DNA from: an uncultured Arcobacteraceae bacterium
Lineage (GTDB): Bacteria; Campylobacterota; Campylobacteria; Campylobacterales; Arcobacteraceae
Length of the DNA: 56,296 bases
NCBI GenBank assembly: GCA_964022095.1
Contig: CAXHZO010000015.1
Location: 1-56,296 of the forward strand
Direction: 5' to 3'
Under the pieces are notes generated by a model. That model made no database searches and had not been told where the DNA came from. It saw only the letters and a list, made by a program, of their open reading frames with translations. Positions 1-9,672 of the stretch are shown here, one piece after another; position 1 is the first letter of the stretch, and each line of letters begins with the position of its first letter. The position numbers and the translations under genes are program-made.

Positions 1-1
1 T

Positions 2-2329
2 AGAAAATTTGCTGCAATGTTTGGAACTAATAATATAGATCACCAAGCTAGAATTTGACATAGCTCAACAGTTGCCGGTGTGGCAAATACATGGGGTTAT
101 GGTGCTATGACAAATTCTTTAGGGGATATTCAAAACTCTAAGGCGATTATTATATTTGGAGCAAATCCAGCGGTTAATCACCCAGTTGGTTTCCAACATT
201 TCTTAAAAGCAAAAGAAAGAAATAATGCACAAATCATCGTTGTAGATCCTAGATTTACAAAAACTGCTGCAAAAGCAGATTTATATGCACAAATTAGACC
301 AGGTACAGATATTCCATTTATGTATGGAATGTTAAATATTATTTTTGAAAATGGTTGGGATGACAAAAATTTCATTAATGATAGAGTATATGGAATGGAC
401 GATATTAGAAAAGAGGCTAAAAACTGGCCAGTTGAAAGAGTTGCAGATGTAACAGGTGTTAGTGCAGATTTAATTGTACAAATTACTAAATCATATGCTG
501 CATCAACACCAGGAACATTAGTATGGGCAATGGGTTTAACTCAACATAATAATGGTTCATCTAATACAAGAATCGCTCCAATCGTACAACTTGCTCTTGG
601 TAACATGGGTAAAGAAGGTGGTGGAACAAACATCTTAAGAGGACATGATAACGTTCAAGGTGCTACAGATATGTGTTGTTTATCACATACATTACCAGGT
701 TATTATGGATTAAGTGATGGTTCATGGAAATATTTTGCAAAAATGTGGAATGTTGATTATGAATGGTTAAAAGGTAGATTTAAATCTCCTGAGTGGATGA
801 ATAAAAAAGGATTTACACTTGCTAGATGGTGGTCTGGAGTTCTTGGAGGTAATCCAGGAGAAGATGCTATTCATAATGCAGGAACAAATCTAAAAGCTTT
901 ATTTGTTATGGCAAATGGTATTACATCAATTGCACAACAAAAGAAAGTAAAAGAAGCTCTTGATAATCTTGAATTAGCAGTATTTGTTGACCCATTCGTA
1001 AATGAAGGTGCAATTTTAACTGATAAACAAGATGATGTTTATATTTTACCAGCAGCTACTCAGTTTGAAACTAGTGGTTCAGTTACAGCAACAAATAGAT
1101 CAGCACAGTGGAGAGATAAAATTATTGAACCAATGTATGAGTCAAAAACTGACCATGATATTATTTTTGAACTTGCTAAAAGACTTGGATTCTATGATGA
1201 ATTAACAGCAGGTATGTTAGTAAGAGAAAACAAAAAAGAGTTTAAATGGCCAGAAGATTGTACAGATGAAATAGCTAGAACTATTAAAACTATTGGATTA
1301 ACTGGATGGACTGCTGAAAGATTGAAAAAACACCAACAAAACTGGCATATGTTCGATGAAGTATCTATGAGAGGATATGGAGAAATGACTGGTGAGTACT
1401 ATGGTTTACCATGGCCTTGTTGGACAGAATCTCATAGTGGTTCACCAATTTTATATAACATTAACAGAAAAGTATCTGAAGGTGGTATGGGATTTAGGAA
1501 TAGATTTGGTTTAGAGCACGATGGTGTTTCTCAATTAGCAGGAAAAGGAAGTGCTCCAAAAGGTAGTGCAAACCCAGATGGTTATCCTGAAATTACAAGA
1601 GATAACATTGAAGAAGTTCTTGGTATTAAGTTAACTGAAGAAGAGAAAAAGAAAATTGGTAAAAACTGGAAAGTTGATACTTCAAACATCATTGCTGAAA
1701 AATGTATGGAAAAAGGTATCGCTCCTTATGGAAATGCAAAAGCAAGAGCAAAAGTATGGACATTTGCTGACCCAATTCCATTACATAGAGAGCCATTACA
1801 CTCTCCAAGAACGGATTTAGTTAATAAATATCCATCATTTGCAGATAAAAAAGATCACTATAGAGTTGATACTAGATATGTGTCTGAACAAACTAAACAA
1901 GATTGGGCAAAAGACTTCCCAGTTAACTTAGTTACAGGAAGACTTGTAAATTTAAATGGTGCTGGTATTGAAAATAGAGCATCTAAGTATTTAGCAAAAT
2001 TAACTCCAGAAATGTTCTGTGATATTAATCCAGATTTAGCTGGAAGACATGGAATTAGAGACGGTGCTTGGATGTGGATTCACTCACCAGAAGGTACAAA
2101 AATTAAAGTTAAAGCTAAATATTCACACAGTGTATCAGATGATAGAGTATTCTTACCATTCCACTTCGCAGGATTTATGGAAGGTGAAGATTTAACTCAC
2201 AAATTCCCAGATGGTACAAAACCTTATGCATCAGGAGAGAGTGCAAATACAGTTACTAACTACGGTTATGACATTGTGACTCAAATTCCTGAAACAAAAG
2301 GTGGTCTGTGTAGAATTGAAAGAGCGTAG
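2..2329 (+). CDS. fdhA: Formate dehydrogenase alpha subunit, selenocysteine-containing (5'-partial)
   Basis: Frame open from base 2: ...FGTNNIDHQARI-TGA(56-58)-HSSTVAGVANTWGYGAM. The TGA sits at the conserved Cys/Sec metal-ligand position. LRGHDNVQGATDM motif and C-terminal molybdopterin-dinucleotide domain present. The ORF-track start at 80 is an artefact of the UGA. Confidence 0.96.
59..101 (+). promoter_or_regulatory. Bacterial SECIS element
   Basis: Immediately 3' of the UGA. Upper stem TTGCC(72-76)/GGCAA(82-86) with GGTGT loop. Lower stem CATAGCTC(59-66) can pair with 94-101 using G-U pairs. Confidence 0.8.
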
Positions 2330-2339
2330 GAGAAGCAAT

Positions 2340-2957
2340 ATGAGTAATAATAATAATGTAGATTTTTCAAGAATGAAATTTTACTGCGATGAAAACAGAT
2401 GTATTCATTGTGACGGTTGTTCAGTTGCTTGTGCCGAAGCTCACGAGTTGCCAGTAGAAATTTCTAGAAGAAAAGTAGTAACAATAAATGAAGGTAAGCA
2501 AGGACAAGAGTTTTCTATGTCTGTAGCTTGTATGCATTGTACTGATGCTCCTTGTGAACAAGTTTGTCCTGTTGATTGTTTTTATATAAGAGACGACGGA
2601 ATTGTTTTACATGATAAAGATAAGTGTATTGGATGTTCTTATTGTCTATATGCTTGTCCTTTTGGAGCACCACAATTCCCTAAAGATGGTGCATTTGGAA
2701 CAAAAGGTGTTATGGACAAATGTACTATGTGTGCAGGTGGTCCTGATGAAACAAATAGTGAGCATGAAAGAGAACTTTATGGGCAAAATAGAATTGCTGA
2801 AGGTAAAGTTCCTGTATGTGCAGCTATGTGTTCTACAAAAGCACTATTAGTTGGTGATTCTGAATCAGTAGCTAATATCTATAGAGAAAGAGTAATATCA
2901 TTTGGTCATGGTGTACAATCTATGCCTTATGGTTGGGATAAAGCGTATGGAAAATAA
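2340..2957 (+). CDS. fdhB: Formate dehydrogenase iron-sulfur subunit
   Basis: Four ferredoxin-type Cys motifs (CIHCDGCSVAC, CMHCTDAPCEQVCP, CIGCSYCLYACP, KCTMC...PVCAAMC). AGGAG RBS before ATG 2340. Confidence 0.95.
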   Translation: MSNNNNVDFSRMKFYCDENRCIHCDGCSVACAEAHELPVEISRRKVVTINEGKQGQEFSMSVACMHCTDAPCEQVCPVDCFYIRDDGIVLHDKDKCIGCSYCLYACPFGAPQFPKDGAFGTKGVMDKCTMCAGGPDETNSEHERELYGQNRIAEGKVPVCAAMCSTKALLVGDSESVANIYRERVISFGHGVQSMPYGWDKAYGK

Positions 2958-3915
2958 AAGTTTTCTTAGTGAATATAAAGCCTACTTAATTGTAGGCTTA
3001 TTATTCATTGTATTAACTTATTGGTATTTTTGGTTAGCAACAATTGCTGATATAAATTATGTATATCAATTTTTGATGCAAATACTTCAAGGCAACATTA
3101 GTGGGCATGTAGTTCCTTATGAGAGTTTAACTCATTATGAACAAATGGAGGCTTCATTATTTGGACCTAATTATAATGCAATTGCGCCTGAAGTTGTTAG
3201 AGCGTTTGAAGAGAGACAACACTTATTACCAATAGTTTTTGTTGTGGAATTTTTTATCTTTTTAACAATGTTTGTTGTTGCAAAAGGTAGAAAGCAAGCA
3301 AAAATTACTAAAGAAAACGAAAAAGTACAAGTTTATTCTCTTTTCCAAAGATTTGTGATTTTATTAAACATAATTATTATGATTTATCTATTTATCACAG
3401 GTTTTTCAATTACCTTTGGTAACTGGACAGGCGGTGGAGAAATAGCTAGATTTATGAGAGCAACACATGAAATTGTAGGATTAGGATGGATTCCTGTGTG
3501 GTTTCTTATGACAATAATAGCATTTAAAGATCATAAGTATTTTATTAGACCAAGTACTAAGGTTTGGAATAAAATTTTCTTAAGAGGAAAATATAAGCAC
3601 ATGGATAGAATCAACTACTATATGTATGTTGTATTTGGTTCAAAATTAGTTTTAAGTGGATTTATAATTTGGTTTATGTTCCCTGATTATTTAACTAATG
3701 CTGAAACAATTCAGTTTAAAAGATTTATTTTATTTATCCATTTTATGGGTAGTGCAATTATTTCATTCTTTACATTTGAGACAGTATATTCATATTTTGT
3801 ATCTGTAAAGGGTTATTTACCAGGAGTAATCACTGGAAAGTTACCAGTTGAGTATCTAGAACAGTTAAGACCAGATGTTTTAGAGGAAGATAAAAATTTA
3901 AAAGTTAGTAAATAA
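2947..3915 (+). CDS. Divergent FdhC/cytochrome b-like membrane subunit retaining only 2 of 4 heme His ligands
   Basis: Multi-TM protein overlapping the fdhB stop. Aligns by eye with the downstream FdhC (YSLFQRF, TGFSITFG...GGGE...R...HE, IH...VY...KG...ITG). Confidence 0.8.
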   Translation: MENKSFLSEYKAYLIVGLLFIVLTYWYFWLATIADINYVYQFLMQILQGNISGHVVPYESLTHYEQMEASLFGPNYNAIAPEVVRAFEERQHLLPIVFVVEFFIFLTMFVVAKGRKQAKITKENEKVQVYSLFQRFVILLNIIIMIYLFITGFSITFGNWTGGGEIARFMRATHEIVGLGWIPVWFLMTIIAFKDHKYFIRPSTKVWNKIFLRGKYKHMDRINYYMYVVFGSKLVLSGFIIWFMFPDYLTNAETIQFKRFILFIHFMGSAIISFFTFETVYSYFVSVKGYLPGVITGKLPVEYLEQLRPDVLEEDKNLKVSK

Positions 3916-4073
3916 AGAGATTTATTTACATGATATTTCATAAAAGTATAATTTGCGGTATTAAGTAAAAGGGAGAGGTCCTATAAGAATAATTACCTAT
4001 CTAGTTTAAAAACTAGTGTAAATGATAAAAATTCTTTCATGTTTTAAGTATATAAGATTAGTAGGAGAAAATC

Positions 4074-4955
4074 ATGAAAGCAATATTGGGTTTATTATTA
4101 GTGTTAATTGGTTTTGCACAAGCAAACATAGAAGTTAATAGAGAAGATTTATTAGTTAGTATGATAAATCAACAAAAGGTCGAAGGAATTGATTGGCAAT
4201 TAGTATTTACTATATTGCAAGCGAAATACTTTTCAGTAATATTTTTGGTAATCACTTTAGGGATACCTATTATTTTTTTAATTCATTATTCAATAATAGG
4301 CCCTATGATCTTTTCACATGATAGAAAAAAGATTTTTGTTTTTCCTTTGTTTCAAAGATTGATTCATTGGTTAGCTGGAATCTCTTTTTTAGTATTAATT
4401 CCAACTGGGTTAATCATGACTTTTGGAACATATTTTGGTGGTGGAGAGTTTGTAAGAGTTTGTAAAGAACTTCATGCAATCTCAACTGTGATTTTTGCAA
4501 TTGCAGTTGTTCCTATGCTAATAATGTGGTTCAAAGAGATGTTGCCAATAGCAGCAGATTTAAAATGGTTAAAAATTCTTGGTGGATATTTAAATAAAAG
4601 AAAAGACCCCATTCCTGCATCAAAGTTTAATGCAGGTCAAAAAATGTGGTTTTGGGTTTGTACAGTAGGTGGTATTATGATGATTATGTCAGGTGCTGCT
4701 ATGTACTTCTCAGATGCAACAAATACTATCCTTAGATCATGGGGATATGTACAAGTTGATTTATTAAGAATTAGTGCAATTATTCATAACGTTTTAGGAA
4801 TGGCTATGGTAGCACTATTTTTTACTCATGTATACATGTCTGTATTTGCAATTAAAGGCGCAATTGCTAGTATGTTTACAGGGTATAAAGAGGAAGAAGA
4901 AGTAGAAATACTACATAGTATTTATTACAAAGAATTAAACAAAAAATCAAACTAG
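4074..4955 (+). CDS. fdhC: Formate dehydrogenase gamma subunit (di-heme cytochrome b)
   Basis: All four His ligands present (QRLIHW, KELHAI, IIHNV, FTHVY) and KFNAGQK motif. AGGAG RBS. Confidence 0.92.
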   Translation: MKAILGLLLVLIGFAQANIEVNREDLLVSMINQQKVEGIDWQLVFTILQAKYFSVIFLVITLGIPIIFLIHYSIIGPMIFSHDRKKIFVFPLFQRLIHWLAGISFLVLIPTGLIMTFGTYFGGGEFVRVCKELHAISTVIFAIAVVPMLIMWFKEMLPIAADLKWLKILGGYLNKRKDPIPASKFNAGQKMWFWVCTVGGIMMIMSGAAMYFSDATNTILRSWGYVQVDLLRISAIIHNVLGMAMVALFFTHVYMSVFAIKGAIASMFTGYKEEEEVEILHSIYYKELNKKSN

Positions 4956-4979
4956 CGGATATTTTCCGTTAGTTTTTTT
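4950..4979 (+). terminator. Intrinsic terminator after fdhC
   Basis: AACTAGCGGA/TCCGTTAGTT hairpin followed by a T-run. Confidence 0.7.
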
Positions 4980-5022
4980 AAAAGAATTTAAATATGCAAA
5001 ATTTGCATATTAAAGGAAAGAT

Positions 5023-5811
5023 ATGGATAACGCCAAATATTTAAAAACAGTAGTGATAGAAAAACTTATAGAAAATGAAGCCACAGAGGTTGAAGATGTG
5101 ACAATCGAAGAAGCACGTCTAAACCTATTTTTAAATGGAGAGAAAGCCATATCAATGATGACTATACCAAAAGACCAAGAAGCACATGCTATTGGTTTTT
5201 TGATGAGTGAAAATGTAATTAGTAGTGTTGATGATATACAAGAGCTTAAATTAAGTGATAATGGTTTAAGAGTTGATGTAAGAGCAGCTATAAATGAAGA
5301 GTCATTACAAAATCTTTATAAAGAAAAAACTTTAACAAGTGGATGTGGTGGTGGAGTAACAGGGACAGCAGAAGGTGAACTTCATATTCCATTTAACCAA
5401 ACATCTTTTAAAGTAAAACCCCAAACTATTTTAGATGAAGTAAAAATTTTTTATAAAGAAAGTGAATTATACAACTTAACAGGCTGTGTTCATAAAGCAA
5501 TGGTTTATTTACTTGATGGAACAACAATCACAGCAGAAGATATTGGAAGACACAACGCTATTGATAAAGCAATTGGAAAGTGTAAGTTAGAAGGTTTAGA
5601 TACTACAGAATCAGTTTTGTTTGTAAGTGGAAGATTAAGTTCCGAAATGGTTACAAAAGCAGTTATGCATAGAATTCCTGTAATTGTATCAAGAACTGCA
5701 CCAACTTATCTTGGTGTTCAAACAGCACATAAACACGGAATTACACTTATAGGTTTTGCAAGAGGAAGAAAAATGAACCTTTATACACATGGAGGAAGAA
5801 TTGATGTCTAG
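5023..5811 (+). CDS. fdhD: Formate dehydrogenase accessory sulfurtransferase
   Basis: TSGCGGG, TGCVH, EDIGRHNAIDK and SGRLSSEMV motifs. Confidence 0.95.
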   Translation: MDNAKYLKTVVIEKLIENEATEVEDVTIEEARLNLFLNGEKAISMMTIPKDQEAHAIGFLMSENVISSVDDIQELKLSDNGLRVDVRAAINEESLQNLYKEKTLTSGCGGGVTGTAEGELHIPFNQTSFKVKPQTILDEVKIFYKESELYNLTGCVHKAMVYLLDGTTITAEDIGRHNAIDKAIGKCKLEGLDTTESVLFVSGRLSSEMVTKAVMHRIPVIVSRTAPTYLGVQTAHKHGITLIGFARGRKMNLYTHGGRIDV

Positions 5812-6232
5812 TATAGATGATAATTTAAATATTAAGCTTGATAATATTCAAAAAGAGTTGATATTAGATAACTTAGATGAAGATGGGAAACTATCTTGTA
5901 TAAAAGCTTTTAAAGTAGCAAGATTAATTGGTAGAAAACCAAAAGAGATGAGCTCAATTACTAAAAGTTTAGGAATAAAAATTACTAATTGTGAATTAGG
6001 TGTATTTGGAAAATTAAATTTTAAAGCACCAAATGAAGAGATTTACAATAAGTTAAAAGAGAACTATATGGGTAATAAAACTATTGAGTGTAAAGTTTTA
6101 TGGCATGAGGCTCAAAATAGTACTTTGAGAACTGTTGGTTCAACTGTTAAGCATACTGATATTGATGTTGTTCATTGCCAATTAGGATGTTTTAGAGAGA
6201 AAAAAGGTCACAAAAATGGAAGTAAAAGTTAA
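5804..6232 (+). CDS. Conserved hypothetical Cys-containing protein with internal duplication
   Basis: GGAGG RBS at 5791-5795 favours ATG 5804. Two repeats of C-x~30-C(E/Q)LG(V/C)F. Confidence 0.8.
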   Translation: MSSIDDNLNIKLDNIQKELILDNLDEDGKLSCIKAFKVARLIGRKPKEMSSITKSLGIKITNCELGVFGKLNFKAPNEEIYNKLKENYMGNKTIECKVLWHEAQNSTLRTVGSTVKHTDIDVVHCQLGCFREKKGHKNGSKS

Positions 6233-6590
6233 AGTTTGGCTAGAAGATGACAATAGAAATTTGGTTTTTGGAAGTGGTAAAAACGAGATTTTAAAATATG
6301 TTGAATTAACTGGTTCTATTTCAAAAGCAGCCCAAAAAGTTGGAATGAATTATAAAAAAACATGGAGTCATATTCAAGTTTTAGAAAACTATATTGAAGA
6401 TAAATTAGTAATTACAAAAAAAGGTAGAGGTGAAGATAGTGGTTCTAAACTTACACCTAAAGCTAAAGAGCTTATTGAGTTATATAATCAGCTAAATGAA
6501 GATATTAAAAATTACTCTCAAAAAAGATTTGAAGAGTTGTTTTTAAATAAAGATGAATTAATCAGTTTAAAGGAAGATGATGCCTCATAA
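6216..6590 (+). CDS. ModE N-terminal-type winged-HTH regulator (no Mop domain)
   Basis: FGSGK...TGSISKAAQKVGMNYKKTW...KGRGEDSGSKLT, typical of the ModE DNA-binding domain. Confidence 0.85.
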   Translation: MEVKVKVWLEDDNRNLVFGSGKNEILKYVELTGSISKAAQKVGMNYKKTWSHIQVLENYIEDKLVITKKGRGEDSGSKLTPKAKELIELYNQLNEDIKNYSQKRFEELFLNKDELISLKEDDAS

Positions 6591-7575
6591 ATTTAACACT
6601 TTGCAATATAGTAATGTGCAAGATTTACATATTAGTGATGATTTATCTTTGTCTATTTTAAAAACTAATAGTGAGTATGAAATACTTGAACAAGAGTTTT
6701 TAAAGAGATTTCAGTTTAAAGAGCTAAATAGTTTTTCTTTTAGTCGTGATGGTTTTTTATCAATATTGCTTCACTTAAATAAAACTGGGAAAATTGCAGT
6801 TAGTATTGGTGAGACGGAGAGTTTAATCCAAGCTTCAAATACTTTTGAAAGCTTAGGATTTGAACTTCAGTATATAAACTTACAAAAAGATGGAAATATA
6901 GATTATTCTCAAATAGAAAAATTAGAGGTAGATTATATTTTCTTATCATCATATGTAATGGATACTTTTGTAAAGACAAATTTAGAAAAAGTAAAAAAAC
7001 TAACAAATGCAAAAGTCATCTCAAATGCAAGTGCAAATTTTGATAAAAATAGTGATGTAATATATTTTGATCCATATAAATTAACTGGCTTTAGTTTGCA
7101 TGGGTTAATACTTTTTAATGATGAGTTATTTGATCCTCAATCAATAGCCTTTAAAGATACACTAGCTTTAAGTTTTATTGATAAATCATTAAAACAAAGA
7201 ACTTTGGATACCTCTTCAAAAGCAAAATTTATAGAAAAATTAAAAGAGATTTTTGATGAAGATATCTACTTTTTTGTGGATAATCAAAATACTTTAGAAT
7301 TTAGTTTACACTTTGCATTAAAAGGTATAAAAGCAAGAGAACTTATAAGAACATTAGCTTTAGATGAAGTTCATATTACAAACGGAGAAGGCTGTTCTTT
7401 AGGGCTTTCAAAACCTTCAAGAATAATTCAAGCCATGGGTTATGATGAATTAACGAGTAGAAACTCAATTTCACTTACTTTTACGAAAAGTTATGATGAG
7501 CAAACTATTGAAAAAATAGTTAAAACAATGGCAAAAAAATATAGACAAATTAAAGTTTTAAATCAAGGAAATTAA
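6580..7575 (+). CDS. Divergent NifS/cysteine desulfurase-like protein
   Basis: DPYKL (putative PLP Lys), NGEGCSLG (catalytic Cys loop), SRIIQAMG...SISLTF. N-terminus is divergent. Confidence 0.7.
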   Translation: MPHKFNTLQYSNVQDLHISDDLSLSILKTNSEYEILEQEFLKRFQFKELNSFSFSRDGFLSILLHLNKTGKIAVSIGETESLIQASNTFESLGFELQYINLQKDGNIDYSQIEKLEVDYIFLSSYVMDTFVKTNLEKVKKLTNAKVISNASANFDKNSDVIYFDPYKLTGFSLHGLILFNDELFDPQSIAFKDTLALSFIDKSLKQRTLDTSSKAKFIEKLKEIFDEDIYFFVDNQNTLEFSLHFALKGIKARELIRTLALDEVHITNGEGCSLGLSKPSRIIQAMGYDELTSRNSISLTFTKSYDEQTIEKIVKTMAKKYRQIKVLNQGN

Positions 7576-8823
7576 ATGAATCAAAAAATGAATTTTTTAG
7601 ACTTCCCCCAAGCTGTACAAAAAAGCTTAGAAATGGCAAATCAAATTAGCTTCACAGAGATTATCCCCATAAGTGATGCTTTAAATAGAACTATTGCAAA
7701 TGATATTTTATGTGTAAAAAATCTTCCAGCTTTTAATAATTCAGCAATGGATGGATTTGCTGTTAAATTTAGTGATGCAGGGAAAACTCTAAATATAAAT
7801 AAAGTGATTTTTGCAGGTGATAAGGGTGAAAGCATAAAAGAGTCTTTAACTCAAAATGACTGCTACAAGATTATGACTGGTGCAAAAGTGCCAAATGATG
7901 CAGATACTATTATTCCTATTGAAAATTGTTTTGATGTAACTGAATCAACAGTAAAAATCCCAGAAGATATAAAAGAAGGTGCAAACTTAAGATTAAAGGG
8001 AGAAGAGCAAAAAGAGGGTAATGTACTACTTCAAAAAGGTGAGAGAATAACTTCTTCTCATATCACTTTATTAGCTTCTCAAGGTCTTATAATGGTTGAA
8101 GTATTTAAAAAAATATCAGTTGCAGTACTTTCAACTGGAAATGAAATTAAAGAGCCTTGGGAAAAAGCTGATGATGAAGAGATATATAATTGTAATTCAT
8201 TTGCTTTAATTTCTCAACTAAAAGAAAAAGGCTTTGATGCAACATATACAGGAGTAGTTCCAGATAGCTTAGAAAAGTCAAAAGAGTTTATTAAGAACTT
8301 AAAAACTTATGATGTGATTATTACAACTGGTGGTATTTCTATGGGAGATGCTGATTTTGTAGGAGAGGCATTTTTACAAAATGGATTAGAAATGGCTTTC
8401 CATGGAGTAAATATAAAACCTGGTCGACCAATTATGATGGGAACTATGGGTAAGACAAGAGTAGTTTGTCTTCCTGGAAATCCATTAACAGCTATGGTAA
8501 ATATCTATTTATTTGTAATTCCTATGCTTAAAAAAATTCAAGGTGACAGAGCTTATTATCATACTATAACAAAAGCTAAAAATGATACTGAGTTTAAAAC
8601 TAAAAAGGGGAGGGTAAACGTAGTACTTGGAACTATAGTAAATGGAGAATTCAAAGTAACTAGAAACAATAAATATGGTTCAGGAATGATTACTGCTTTA
8701 TATGAAAGTAATTCAATATTAGTAACAAATGAGCAAACTTCAAGCATACAAAGTAATCAAGAGGTAAATGTAATACATTTCAATACACAATTTAATCAAA
8801 CACAAACAAATATATTTAACTAG
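7576..8823 (+). CDS. moeA: Molybdopterin molybdenum/tungsten transferase
   Basis: PAFNNSAMDGFA, IMTGAKVP, STGNEI, TTGGISMGDADF, KPGRP and LPGNP motifs. Confidence 0.95.
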   Translation: MNQKMNFLDFPQAVQKSLEMANQISFTEIIPISDALNRTIANDILCVKNLPAFNNSAMDGFAVKFSDAGKTLNINKVIFAGDKGESIKESLTQNDCYKIMTGAKVPNDADTIIPIENCFDVTESTVKIPEDIKEGANLRLKGEEQKEGNVLLQKGERITSSHITLLASQGLIMVEVFKKISVAVLSTGNEIKEPWEKADDEEIYNCNSFALISQLKEKGFDATYTGVVPDSLEKSKEFIKNLKTYDVIITTGGISMGDADFVGEAFLQNGLEMAFHGVNIKPGRPIMMGTMGKTRVVCLPGNPLTAMVNIYLFVIPMLKKIQGDRAYYHTITKAKNDTEFKTKKGRVNVVLGTIVNGEFKVTRNNKYGSGMITALYESNSILVTNEQTSSIQSNQEVNVIHFNTQFNQTQTNIFN

Positions 8824-8835
8824 AAGGAAAGTTTT

Positions 8836-9651
8836 ATGAGAAAAACATTAGTAACACTAGGATTAAGCACACTATTAGCTACAACTTTAATGGCAAAAGA
8901 TTCACTTATGATGGCTACAACAACAAGTACAGATAATACTGGATTATTAGATTATTTAGCTCCAAAGTTTGAAAAAGAGACTGGAACGACTTTAAAGTGG
9001 GTTGCAACTGGTACAGGAAAAGCACTTAAAATGGGAAGTAATTGTGATGTAGATATTTTATTTGTTCATGCACCGGCAAGTGAGAAAAAATTTGTGGATA
9101 GTGGTTTTGGTGTAAATAGAAAGCAAGTTATGTATAACGATTTTATACTTGTAGGACCAAAAGCAGATGCTGCAAAAGTAACAGGCCTTACTCCAAGGGA
9201 TGCTTTAATGAAAATTAAATCTTCACAAGCTAAGTTTTTCTCAAGAGGTGATAACTCAGGAACAAATAAAAAAGAGATTTCTTTATGGAAAAGTGCTATG
9301 GAAAAAGCTCCTGAAAATCAAGCATGGTACGTACAAACTGGTCAAGGAATGTTAAGAACAATTAATATGGCTTCTGAAAAAGATGGATATACAATGACAG
9401 ATAGAGGAACTTGGATTAAATACGAATCTCAAAAAACTGATAAAAACAATATGAAAATTGTAGTTGAAGGTGATAAATCTTTATTTAATCAATACTCAGT
9501 TGTTACGATTAATAAAGACAAATGTGAAAATGTTAAGCCAAAATTAGCAACACAGTTTACAAACTGGATTGTAAAGCCAGAGACTCAAGAAACTATTGCA
9601 AACTTTAGGTTACTTGGGAAAGCTTTATTTATTCCTAATGCTAATAAATAA
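8836..9651 (+). CDS. tupA: Tungstate ABC transporter substrate-binding protein
   Basis: Signal peptide, TTTS tungstate signature, GTGKAL, SRGDNSGT, GQGM. Confidence 0.93.
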   Translation: MRKTLVTLGLSTLLATTLMAKDSLMMATTTSTDNTGLLDYLAPKFEKETGTTLKWVATGTGKALKMGSNCDVDILFVHAPASEKKFVDSGFGVNRKQVMYNDFILVGPKADAAKVTGLTPRDALMKIKSSQAKFFSRGDNSGTNKKEISLWKSAMEKAPENQAWYVQTGQGMLRTINMASEKDGYTMTDRGTWIKYESQKTDKNNMKIVVEGDKSLFNQYSVVTINKDKCENVKPKLATQFTNWIVKPETQETIANFRLLGKALFIPNANK

Positions 9652-9672
9652 CTAAAAGGATGAGTTTATAGT

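Noticed and set aside
56-82. fdhA as a nonsense pseudogene, or starting at GTG 80
   Set aside because: The TGA is at the Sec position with a SECIS hairpin and the upstream frame is open and conserved
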